Positions 37,948 through 46,045 of a stretch of 62,192 nucleotides of DNA are shown here, piece by piece; position 1 is the stretch's first letter; every line of letters starts with the position of its first letter. The stretch is from Vicinamibacteria bacterium (lineage in GTDB: Bacteria; Acidobacteriota; Vicinamibacteria; Fen-336), in contig DATKEG010000010.1 of the NCBI GenBank assembly GCA_035544515.1, positions 1-62,192 of the forward strand, read 5' to 3'. The notes under the pieces were generated by a model that saw only the letters and a program-made list of their open reading frames with translations, searched no databases and was not told where the DNA came from. Made by a program: the position numbers and the translations under genes.

Positions 37948-39134
37948 GCGGTCGCGGGCGGGAGCTGGCCTTCGTCGTCCAGCGCTACGGCACGGACGTG
38001 GCGGGCGGCTCGGAGACTCTGGCCCGCCTCCTGGCCGAGCGCCTGGCCGCGGAAGGGCCGATCACCGTGTTCACCACCTGCGCGCGCGACTACGTCAGCT
38101 GGCGCAACGAGCTGCCGGAGGGAACCGCGGCGGCCGGGCCGGTCACGGTGCGCCGGTTCGCCGTGGAGGAGGAGCGCGACCTCGAGGCGTTCAATCGGTT
38201 CGCGGAAAGGCTCTACGGCCTCCCCCACACGGACGACGAAGAGCGCGTGTGGCTGCGGCGGCAGGGCCCCTACGTCCCGGAGCTGGTGCGCGCGCTGCGC
38301 GAGGATCACGACCGGTTCCAGGCGGTGGTGTTCTTCACCTACCTCTACTACCCGACCTGTGAAGGGCTGCGGGCCGCGCCGGGACGGTCGCTGCTGGTGC
38401 CGACCTGCCACGACGAGCCGCCGCTCCGCTTCCGGCTCTACGACGACGTCTTCGCGCGGCCGCGCGCGTTCGCCTTCCTCACCGCGGCGGAGGAGCGGCT
38501 GGTGCGCGGGCGCTTCGAGCTCGGGACGCGCCCCGCGCTCGTGGCGGGCCTGGGCGTGGACGAGGGCCCGGCTCCGGACCTCGAGGCGTTTCGCGCGCGC
38601 CACGGCGTGCGCGGCCGCTACGTGGCGTACGCCGGCCGTATCGACGCCGGAAAGGGCTGCGCGGAGATGCTCGCGCACTTCGGCCGTTTCCGCCGCGAGC
38701 GCGGACCGGAGGTCGAGCTGCTGCTCATGGGCCGCCTGGCGCTGGCCGCGCCGCTCGGCGCGGGCGTGCGTTACCTCGGTTACCTGCCGGACGAGGACAA
38801 GCGCGCGGCGCTGGCCGGCGCGGATGTCGTGCTCTGCCCCAGCCCCTACGAGAGCCTCTCCATCGTGCTGCTAGAGGCCTTCGCGCTGGGGCGGCCCGCC
38901 CTGGTCAACGGGCGCTCGCCGGTGCTGTTGGACCACGCACGGCAGGCCGGCGGCGGGCTGTTCTACGAGGACGGCGACGAGTTCGTGGAGGCGCTCGCCC
39001 TCCTGTTGGGGGACGGTGGGCTGCGCGAGGCCATGGGCGGGCAGGGCCGGCTCTACGTGCGCGAGCACTACCGCTGGGAGGCCGTGCTCGACCGCTACCG
39101 CTCCCTGATCGCCGCAGCGTCCGGTGCCCCCTGA
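37944..39134 (+). CDS. Glycosyltransferase family 4/1 (GT-B fold)
   Basis: GTGA overlap with the upstream gene. N-terminus FVVQRYGTDVAGGSE; C-terminal motif PSPYESLSIVLLEAFALGRPALVN. Confidence 0.85.
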   Translation: MSGRGRELAFVVQRYGTDVAGGSETLARLLAERLAAEGPITVFTTCARDYVSWRNELPEGTAAAGPVTVRRFAVEEERDLEAFNRFAERLYGLPHTDDEERVWLRRQGPYVPELVRALREDHDRFQAVVFFTYLYYPTCEGLRAAPGRSLLVPTCHDEPPLRFRLYDDVFARPRAFAFLTAAEERLVRGRFELGTRPALVAGLGVDEGPAPDLEAFRARHGVRGRYVAYAGRIDAGKGCAEMLAHFGRFRRERGPEVELLLMGRLALAAPLGAGVRYLGYLPDEDKRAALAGADVVLCPSPYESLSIVLLEAFALGRPALVNGRSPVLLDHARQAGGGLFYEDGDEFVEALALLLGDGGLREAMGGQGRLYVREHYRWEAVLDRYRSLIAAASGAP

Positions 39135-39143
39135 AGGCTCTTT

Positions 39144-39176
39144 CACCGCAGAGGCGCCTCCCTCGGCGCCTCGGTG
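39144..39176. terminator. Hairpin between convergent genes (possible bidirectional terminator)
   Basis: CACC-GCA-GAGGCGCC-TCCCTC-GGCGCCTC-GGTG, with a weak U-tract. Confidence 0.45.
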
Positions 39177-39196
39177 AGAAGGCCCGTCGATGACAG

Positions 39197-39685
39197 CTAG
39201 TCCAGGCGCCGCAGCCCGCCCGCGAAGTAGGACCGCTCCTCGTCCACGGCGCGCGCGTCGGGGTCCACGCGGATGACCGCCGGATACCCGAACACGAGGT
39301 CGTATTGCACGTCGAGCCAGTCCACGCCGCCGTCGAGCGCGGTCTCCACCACCGCGAAGAGGTCCTCGACCGTGGGCGTGGGGCGGCCGGGGGCCGCGGG
39401 CGCGGGCCGCCCGGTGGCGGGGTCGACCACGGCGGCCACGAGCCCGTCGCGCACCTCGATCTCGACCGGCGTGACGAGGGAGGCGGGGCAGAAGCAGAGG
39501 TACTGGAAGCGGTACCGGTAGCTCGCCGGGCCCTGCGCCGCCCAACGGCGCCGCGCCACGTTGAGCTCGGACCGCGTGGCGCGCAACTGGCTCGGCGACA
39601 GGGAGCCGTCGCAGGCGCCCGCGAAGACGGCTGAAGCCAGGGCGAGGACGGCGGGCAGGAGCGGAGCGCGGCGCGGGCGGCTCAC
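39197..39685 (-). CDS. Putative lipoprotein, function unknown
   Basis: Lipobox AVFAGAC after a basic N-terminus. 162 aa, with a conserved-looking YLCFCP motif. Confidence 0.62.
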   Translation of the reverse strand: MSRPRRAPLLPAVLALASAVFAGACDGSLSPSQLRATRSELNVARRRWAAQGPASYRYRFQYLCFCPASLVTPVEIEVRDGLVAAVVDPATGRPAPAAPGRPTPTVEDLFAVVETALDGGVDWLDVQYDLVFGYPAVIRVDPDARAVDEERSYFAGGLRRLD

Positions 39686-39697
39686 GCTCCGATTGTA

Positions 39698-41176
39698 CTA
39701 GCGGCTCGTGGCCCGCTCCGCGCGTTCAACCGGTCCGCCCACCACCCTCTTGGCCAGGCGGTCACGCAGGGGCTGGTTCGGGTCGCTCACGCCGTTGATC
39801 GCGGCCAGGGTCTGCACGCTCGCCGTGGAGGGATACCGGCGCGCGAACTCGCTCACGGTCATGCCCGCGGGCACGTTGACCACCCGGAGGCGCGCCGGCT
39901 GCATGTCCAGGACGCGACGGTCCGTCACGCGGTTGAAGCTGCGGAGCGCACGGTTCACCGTGGCCTGGTGGCGGCTCCAGCGCTGCGCCGGGGCGTAGCC
40001 CAGGGCCTGGTACACCTTGCCGTCCAGCTCCACGAAGGCGGCGATGCCCTGGAGCTGGCCCTGCTGGGTGGCGGCCGCGAACTGGTAGGCCTGCGCGCGC
40101 AGGCCGTTGACGGCGCCGCCTTGCCAGGCCTGGCCGCGCTGGATGCCTTGCTGCGAGAAGAACTGCTGGGCCGCGCTCTGGGCGGACGCGCCGCCCGCCA
40201 TCGTGATCACGACCAGGCCGTCCTGCTCGGGGCTCATGGCGGCGACCGCCTGCTTCTGGTTGTTCGTCTGCCAGCCGGGCGGGAACTCGAAGCGGAAGCG
40301 GAGGTCCGGATGATAGAAGACGTTCTGCTCGAAGTACCCCTCGCGCGGGTTCTCGCCGAACACGATGCCGTCGAGCCGGCGCGCGTACTCCTCGCGGTCC
40401 ACGGTGCCCCCCGGGGGGACTCCGAGCTCCTGGATCAGGGCCGCGATGCGCTGGCGACGGTCCTCCGGCGCGGGGTGCGTGGACAACCAGCTTGGGACGC
40501 GCCCCTGCGCGCCCTCGGCCTCGCTCACCCGGCCCAGGGTGGTGAACACGTCGGCCATCGGCCGCGGGTCGTAATCGGCCCGCGTCATGTACCTGAGCCC
40601 CAGGGCGTCGGCCTCGCGCTCGTCGTCGCGCCCGTACTTCAGGAAGAGCAGGCCCATGCCGACCTCGGCGAGGTTGCCGTAGTTGCGCAGCTCCGGCCTC
40701 AGGATCATGCCCAGGACCATGCCCACACCGGCCAGCTGCTGCTTGCTGAGCTGGTTCACGGTGTGCCGCGCGGTGACGTGGCCGATCTCGTGGCCCATCA
40801 CCGCCGCCAGCTCGGCCTCCGAGTTCATGTAGGTGAGCAGACCGCGCGTCACGTAGTTGTACCCGCCGGGGAGGGCCATCGCGTTGACGGAGGCGTCGTC
40901 CAGGATGCGAAACTGCCATTGCAGGTTCGGACGCTCCGAGTGCGAGGCCAGGGTGGCGCCGAGCCGCTGCACGTAACTCTCGAGATCCGGGTCGCGGTAC
41001 ACGCCGACGGCGGCGGAGATCTCCTGATCGGCCTGCCGGCCCATCTGGATCTCCTGCTCCTCGCTGACGAAGGACAGCTGGCGCCGGCCCGTGGCCGGAT
41101 TGGTGGCGCAGGCGGGGAGCGCCGCGAGCAGGACGGCCGCGGTCACGCGGCCACGCGCCGAACAGGGCGGCCGCAT
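39698..41176 (-). CDS. M48-family zinc metalloprotease lipoprotein with a C-terminal LysM-like domain
   Basis: Lipobox LAALPAC. Zinc-binding HEIGHV, followed by a downstream E...READALG. The tail VVNVPAGMTVSEFARRY...TLAAINGV is LysM-like. ATG 41176 was chosen as the start. Confidence 0.87.
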   Translation of the reverse strand: MRPPCSARGRVTAAVLLAALPACATNPATGRRQLSFVSEEQEIQMGRQADQEISAAVGVYRDPDLESYVQRLGATLASHSERPNLQWQFRILDDASVNAMALPGGYNYVTRGLLTYMNSEAELAAVMGHEIGHVTARHTVNQLSKQQLAGVGMVLGMILRPELRNYGNLAEVGMGLLFLKYGRDDEREADALGLRYMTRADYDPRPMADVFTTLGRVSEAEGAQGRVPSWLSTHPAPEDRRQRIAALIQELGVPPGGTVDREEYARRLDGIVFGENPREGYFEQNVFYHPDLRFRFEFPPGWQTNNQKQAVAAMSPEQDGLVVITMAGGASAQSAAQQFFSQQGIQRGQAWQGGAVNGLRAQAYQFAAATQQGQLQGIAAFVELDGKVYQALGYAPAQRWSRHQATVNRALRSFNRVTDRRVLDMQPARLRVVNVPAGMTVSEFARRYPSTASVQTLAAINGVSDPNQPLRDRLAKRVVGGPVERAERATSR

Positions 41177-41181
41177 GACGC

Positions 41182-41433
41182 TCAGCAATGTCCCTTGAGG
41201 GACCGCAGGTCCCAGCCGTTCTCCCGGAACTGCGCGCCGTGCTGCTCGGGGCTGAGGCAGAAGCAACCGTCGCCGTAGCGATAGGGCCCGCCCGCCCGGG
41301 GCGAGAGCGCCCAGGACGCGCTCGCGCCCGCGCAGAGCGTGGTCGCCAGGGAGCGCTTGAGGCGCGGCACCGGCCGGATCGCCGTCCGTGCGCGATCATG
41401 AGAGAGGCCGTCTGGGATGATGGGCAGCTTCAT
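41182..41433 (-). CDS. Hypothetical small Cys-containing protein (83 aa)
   Basis: Strong SD (GGAGGAGG) 8 nt upstream of ATG 41433. It ends 5 nt before the M48 gene. Five Cys, including GDGCFC and a terminal GHC. Confidence 0.45.
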   Translation of the reverse strand: MKLPIIPDGLSHDRARTAIRPVPRLKRSLATTLCAGASASWALSPRAGGPYRYGDGCFCLSPEQHGAQFRENGWDLRSLKGHC

Positions 41434-41582
41434 GGCATCGCCTCCTCCCGGCTCACGCTGGCAGGGGTGCAGGATGCGTGCCAGCGCGACCGGGGCGAGG
41501 GAAAAGCCCCCGAACGCTCGGTCCCCGGCGCCCCACCCCCGGGAGTGGTTGACGCCCTTTGTAAGGTCTTCCGACATGGCGA

Positions 41583-43319
41583 CTACTCCTCGGGCTCATC
41601 CGCCTCGCCGAGCCCGTCCGTCGCCCCGATCACCTCCTCGAGCGGCACGCGCCGCGAAAAGGCGTGGAACACGGGGACGGGATCGCGGTCGAGCGCGAAC
41701 GACACCCCGAGCCGGCGCAGCCTCGCCGCGAACGCCTCCGCATCGTCCTCGGGGCGCAGGACGTAGGCGTCGGGTCCGTCCCGCGACACCCGCCGCGCGT
41801 GTCGCTCGGACTCGTAGGCCGGCGTGGGACCCAGGCGCGAGGACAGGACGATCTCCTCCGCCGTGAACATCGTCACGGGGGCGGAAAGCGAGAAGTCCGC
41901 GTAACCGGTGCGGACGCCCTTCTCGCGCAGGGAGCGCACGATCCGCTCGTAGTGCTCCGCGACCGCGCGGCTGCCGCGGAGGCGGGGGAGCGTGCCGGCC
42001 AGGTTGAGGGCGAGCAGCGCGCCCAGGGTCAGCGTGGCCGCAGGCCGCGCGCGCGCCCACAGCCAGGCCGTGGCGACGCCGAGGTGGATGGCGGTGGCGG
42101 CGAGCAGGGGCAGCAGGTACCGGGGGCGCCAGTACACTCGCCCGGAGGCGACCGCCCAGAAGAGTCCCAGGCAACAGAGGAACAGGAGAGGCGGCAGGAG
42201 GCTGGCCGAGGCCCCACCCTGCCGCACCCCGGCGGCGATCGCGCGGCCGCGGACGAGAAGGAAGGCGAGCAGCGCGCCCGGGATCACGAGCGTGGCCAGC
42301 CAGGCCACGGGTGCCCGGTCCGCCCAGGGGTGCCCGGGGCTGAGGCCGGCGAGGATGGGGAAGGAGATCTGCGCCGCGCGCCGCGCCAGGCGCGGGAGCG
42401 CGTCGGCCTGGGCCTTGAGCTCGGAGGGCCCGCGGCCCAGGATGTCGGCCGAAGCCCAATCGTTCTGCGCGTTCCAGAGCAGCACGGGCAGCAGCCCGAG
42501 AACGAGACCGGCGGGCAGGAGCAGCGTCCACCCGTCCCGCCAGGTGCGCCGGCGCAGCGCGAGCGCGATCGCCACCGCGCCGGCGTACGACAGGGCCACC
42601 GGCTGTTGCCAGAAGGCGGCCCCGAGCAGGAAGCCGACGGCGAAGTACGCCCAGCGGGCGTCCGCACCGTGGCGATCCTCGTCCAGGACGCGCGCCAGGA
42701 CGGCCAGGGAGAGCCCGCCGAGCGCCAGGACCTCGACGTATTGGCCGACGCAGTTGAGGGAGAAGACGGTGAGGAACCGCGGGCTCAAGGCCAGGTACAC
42801 CCCCGTGGCGCCCGCCGCCAGCCGGCCGCCCAGCCGCCTGGCGAGCGACATCGATCCCGCGACGAACACGAGGTAGAGCAGCAGGCTGGAGAGCACCATC
42901 AGCCACGACAGGTCGCGCGATCCGGTGACGAGCGCAAGTGTGGCGGCGAGGTGGCCCTTGAGCGTGCCCTGGTAGTTCGCGCCTTCGGTGAACACCGGCG
43001 CCGGACGCACGCCCTCGAGCAGGTGCAGCGCGACGAAGGCGCCATAGGCGCCGTCCCGGTTGACCCAGCCCCAGGGGTGCAACAGCGCCGGAAAGCGATA
43101 GGCCGTGGCCAGCGCCAGGCAGGCGAGCGTCTCCCCGTGCGGTCGCGCCCAGCGCAGCGGCCCGCCCGCCCGCACGCGCAGGATGACCGCGCCGGCCAGC
43201 CCGGCGGCCAGCCCGGCCGGCAGGGCGGCCGAGCGGCCCGTAAACCACGCCCCGACGCCGAGCGCGGCGAGCACGACGATCGCCGCTTCGAGCCCGAGCA
43301 CGTGCCGCGGCGGAATCAC
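41583..43319 (-). CDS. GT-C fold membrane glycosyltransferase paralog (ArnT/PMT-like)
   Basis: 578-aa polytopic protein. Loop-1 motif is WVNRDGAYGA...YQGTLKGHLAATL. The C-terminal domain carries VRTGYADFSLSAPVTMFTAEEIVLSSRLGPT. Confidence 0.72.
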   Translation of the reverse strand: MIPPRHVLGLEAAIVVLAALGVGAWFTGRSAALPAGLAAGLAGAVILRVRAGGPLRWARPHGETLACLALATAYRFPALLHPWGWVNRDGAYGAFVALHLLEGVRPAPVFTEGANYQGTLKGHLAATLALVTGSRDLSWLMVLSSLLLYLVFVAGSMSLARRLGGRLAAGATGVYLALSPRFLTVFSLNCVGQYVEVLALGGLSLAVLARVLDEDRHGADARWAYFAVGFLLGAAFWQQPVALSYAGAVAIALALRRRTWRDGWTLLLPAGLVLGLLPVLLWNAQNDWASADILGRGPSELKAQADALPRLARRAAQISFPILAGLSPGHPWADRAPVAWLATLVIPGALLAFLLVRGRAIAAGVRQGGASASLLPPLLFLCCLGLFWAVASGRVYWRPRYLLPLLAATAIHLGVATAWLWARARPAATLTLGALLALNLAGTLPRLRGSRAVAEHYERIVRSLREKGVRTGYADFSLSAPVTMFTAEEIVLSSRLGPTPAYESERHARRVSRDGPDAYVLRPEDDAEAFAARLRRLGVSFALDRDPVPVFHAFSRRVPLEEVIGATDGLGEADEPEE

Positions 43320-43384
43320 GCGCTCGTCAGGGACAAATCAGGACGGAACCACGCCCCTCTCGGTGGCGCTAACCGAGCGTCCGG

Positions 43385-43480
43385 ACCCCGCAGGCGGAGC
43401 GTTTCCCCTCGCGGCGCGCCGGATTCACTGCGGCGCGCGCGTTTCATGACGCCCGGCACGGAGCCGGAGGGGTCCGCATG
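43385..43480. repeat. Dispersed hairpin repeat family copy (reverse orientation)
   Basis: CCCCGCAGGCGGAGCGTTTCCCCTCGCG-GCGCGCCG-GATTCACTG-CGGCGCGC-GCGTTTCATGAC... The right flank resembles the 5' box of the forward copies. Confidence 0.75.
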
Positions 43481-43484
43481 GCCC

Positions 43485-44363
43485 TTATCTGACGGCCTTG
43501 AGCCGCTCGAGCAGCGATTCGGTGGTGTGCGGGCCCTTCAAGATGGAGGCCGCGCGCGCGATCTGGCCGATCGCCTCGTCGATTGCCGCCGGCCCGGCGC
43601 CGCGCTCGAGCTCCCCACGGGCCTTCTGGTAGTGCTTGTTCACCACGCTCTCGCCGACCGCGCCGAGCAGCCCATTGCACACGTCGCGCACGCGATCGAG
43701 GCGTCCGAGCATGGCGGGGATCGAGGCGGAGGGCGCGGGGGCCGCGGGCCCTGCCGCCGCGGAAGGCGTGGAGGCCAGGGGCGGCACCGGAGCCGTGGGA
43801 CGAGCGGCCTGTTTGGCCGGCGCCGGGGCCTGCCGCAGGCGGATGAGGCCGGTGGCGATCAGGCCGTAGAGGATCTTCGCGGCGTCGAAAACCGTCAGGC
43901 CGGCCGCGAAGGCGATGCTCTTCACGCTGCGCTGCCCGTCTATCTTGGACAGGATCAGCCACTCGCTCGTGTTCAGGTTGATCTGGCCGTCACGCCCTTC
44001 CTGGACCACGAACTCCGGGATCAGGTCCGTGGAGGGCACCTTCTTGGAAAGCACGCGCCACTCGTCGAGCCGCCGCGCCGCTTCCATCAACAGGTTCGTG
44101 TTGCTCTTCGAGATGGTCCGGTGCTCGGTGGCCACTCCGGGATCGAAGCGGAAATCGCCCTGGCTCCAGATGGCGAGCGCGTAGACCGCCTCCTCGCCCG
44201 CGACGTCGTCGAGCTCGGCGTGCACGATCTTGCCGTCGTTGAGGTAGATCTGCCCCTTCAGGTCCCCGTCGGCGAGTTGAAATACGCCCGTCTTTCCGCT
44301 GACGCTGATGAGCTGGATGATGTCGGGGAGGTGAAGCTCGGCCAGCGAGCCCTGAAAGGCCAT
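43485..44363 (-). CDS. DUF4388 (PATAN-like) domain protein
   Basis: The N-terminus MAFQGSLAELHLPDIIQLISVSGKTGVFQL is the typical DUF4388 opening. A Pro/Ala linker and a helical C-terminal domain follow. Confidence 0.8.
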   Translation of the reverse strand: MAFQGSLAELHLPDIIQLISVSGKTGVFQLADGDLKGQIYLNDGKIVHAELDDVAGEEAVYALAIWSQGDFRFDPGVATEHRTISKSNTNLLMEAARRLDEWRVLSKKVPSTDLIPEFVVQEGRDGQINLNTSEWLILSKIDGQRSVKSIAFAAGLTVFDAAKILYGLIATGLIRLRQAPAPAKQAARPTAPVPPLASTPSAAAGPAAPAPSASIPAMLGRLDRVRDVCNGLLGAVGESVVNKHYQKARGELERGAGPAAIDEAIGQIARAASILKGPHTTESLLERLKAVR

Positions 44364-44375
44364 GGCGGAGTTGCG

Positions 44376-44404
44376 AGGTTACAGGCGCCGCGCCTGTGTG
44401 TCAA
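44376..44404 (-). promoter_or_regulatory. Sigma70-type promoter candidate with a palindrome filling the spacer
   Basis: On the minus strand: TTGACA, a 17-nt spacer, then TAACCT, 12 nt upstream of ATG 44363. The spacer is the palindrome ACAGGCGC-C-GCGCCTGT (44381..44397). Confidence 0.4.
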
Positions 44405-44425
44405 ATGTCACAGTAGTATTCCGGG

Positions 44426-44528
44426 ATGCGGCGCGCTCCGCTCCGCGCTGACCTTCGTGATCGCGCCGCGGCGGATGAACCGCCGCGGCCGCGCAGGGAG
44501 ACGCTCCGCTTCGCGCGCCGAACTCTCG
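44426..44528. repeat. Dispersed hairpin repeat family copy (forward orientation)
   Basis: GCGCGCTCCGCTCCGCGCTGACCTTCGTGATCGCG-CCGCGGCGG-ATGAA-CCGCCGCGG-CCGCGCAGGGAGACGCTCCGCTTCGCG. Confidence 0.8.
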
Positions 44529-44605
44529 ATTAGCGCCGCGCCGAGGGCGCGGGGGCGCTCGAACGCGGTGGGACCGTGCTCAGGAGGCGGGGACGAGGAC
44601 CGTCC

Positions 44606-46045
44606 TCAGGCCGTGGCGGGCTTTTCGGCTTCGTCGGCGTCCTTGAGGGCGCGGCGGTCGCGGTCGCGGTCGCGGGGCAGCAGGATGTTGTGGCGCTTGA
44701 TCATCTCGTTGAGCGTCGTCGGCTTGAGGCCGAGCAGGCGCGCGGCCTCCTTCTGCACGCCGGCCGTGGACTCGAGCGTGGACTCGATCAGGCGCTTCTC
44801 GAAGTTGGCGATCACGTCGCGCAGGCTGATGCCCTCGGGCGGCACCGTCATGTGGGGAACATGGAAGCTCGGCGCGGAGCGCACGTGGTCGGGGATCAGC
44901 TCGCGGCCGATCCGGGTGGTCGTGGTGAGCACCACGCCGCGCTCGATCACGTTCTCCAGCTCGCGCACGGTGCCCGGCCAGTCGTAGTCGAGCAGGGCCT
45001 GCAGCGCCTCGGGCGTCACGCCCGTGACCGGCTTCTCGTTCTCCCGCGCGTACTTCTCCACGAAATGGTGGACCAGCGCCGGGATGTCCTCGTTGCGCTG
45101 GCGCAGGGGAGGGAGCTGGACGGCGATGACGTTGAGCCGGTAGAAGAGGTCCTCCCGGAAGCGGCCCTCCTCCACCGCGCGGCGCAGGTCCGCGTTGGTG
45201 GCGGCCACGATGCGCACGTCCACCTTGACCACGTCCACGCCCCCCAGCCGCATGAACTCGCGCTCCTGCATGACGCGCAGCAGCTTCGACTGGGTCTCCA
45301 GCGGGATGTTGCCGATCTCGTCGAAGAAGAGCGTGCCCCGGTCCGCCAGCTCGAAGAGACCCTTCTTGGCGTACACGGCCCCCGTGAACGCGCCCTTGAC
45401 GTGCCCGAAGAGGTTGCTCTCCAGCAGGTCGTGGGGCAGGCTGCCGGAGTTGACCACGATGAACGGCTTGTCCGCGCGCGGGCTGGTGGCGTGGATGGCC
45501 TTGGCCACCAGCTCCTTCCCCGTGCCGCTCTCGCCCACCACCAGGATGGTGGAGCGAGAGGGCGCGGCCTGGCTGATGAGCCCGAACACCTGCTGCATGC
45601 GCGGGCTCTTCCCCACGATCTCGGTGAAGCGGGCCTGGTCGCGCAACGCGGTGCGGAGCTGCCGGTTCTCGTCCTGCAGCCGGCGCTGATTGAGGCCGTT
45701 GCGCAGGATGTGCAGCACTTCCTCGTGCTTGAACGGCTTGGTCACGTAGTCGAACGCCCCGCGCTTCATGGCCTGGATGGCCGTCTCCACCGAGGCGAAG
45801 GCCGTGATCATCAGCACGACCAGCTCGGGATCGATCCGCCGCAGCTCCTCCAGCACCTCGATGCCGCCCATCTCGGGCAACATGACGTCCACGATGGCGG
45901 CGTCGAAGGTCTGTGCGCGGGCCAGGGCCAGGCCCTGCGGCCCGTCGGGCGCGAGCGTCACGCGGTAGCCGGCCTCGCCGAGGAGCGTGTGAAGCACGTC
46001 GCGCATCACCTCCTCGTCGTCGACCACCAGGATGGACGGGTTCAT
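44606..46045 (-). CDS. Sigma-54-dependent response regulator (NtrC family)
   Basis: REC domain (ILVVDDEEVMRD...DVMLPEMGG). AAA+ domain with GESGTGKE and GAFTGA. C-terminal Fis-type HTH. ATGA-type overlap with the kinase gene. Confidence 0.93.
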   Translation of the reverse strand: MNPSILVVDDEEVMRDVLHTLLGEAGYRVTLAPDGPQGLALARAQTFDAAIVDVMLPEMGGIEVLEELRRIDPELVVLMITAFASVETAIQAMKRGAFDYVTKPFKHEEVLHILRNGLNQRRLQDENRQLRTALRDQARFTEIVGKSPRMQQVFGLISQAAPSRSTILVVGESGTGKELVAKAIHATSPRADKPFIVVNSGSLPHDLLESNLFGHVKGAFTGAVYAKKGLFELADRGTLFFDEIGNIPLETQSKLLRVMQEREFMRLGGVDVVKVDVRIVAATNADLRRAVEEGRFREDLFYRLNVIAVQLPPLRQRNEDIPALVHHFVEKYARENEKPVTGVTPEALQALLDYDWPGTVRELENVIERGVVLTTTTRIGRELIPDHVRSAPSFHVPHMTVPPEGISLRDVIANFEKRLIESTLESTAGVQKEAARLLGLKPTTLNEMIKRHNILLPRDRDRDRRALKDADEAEKPATA

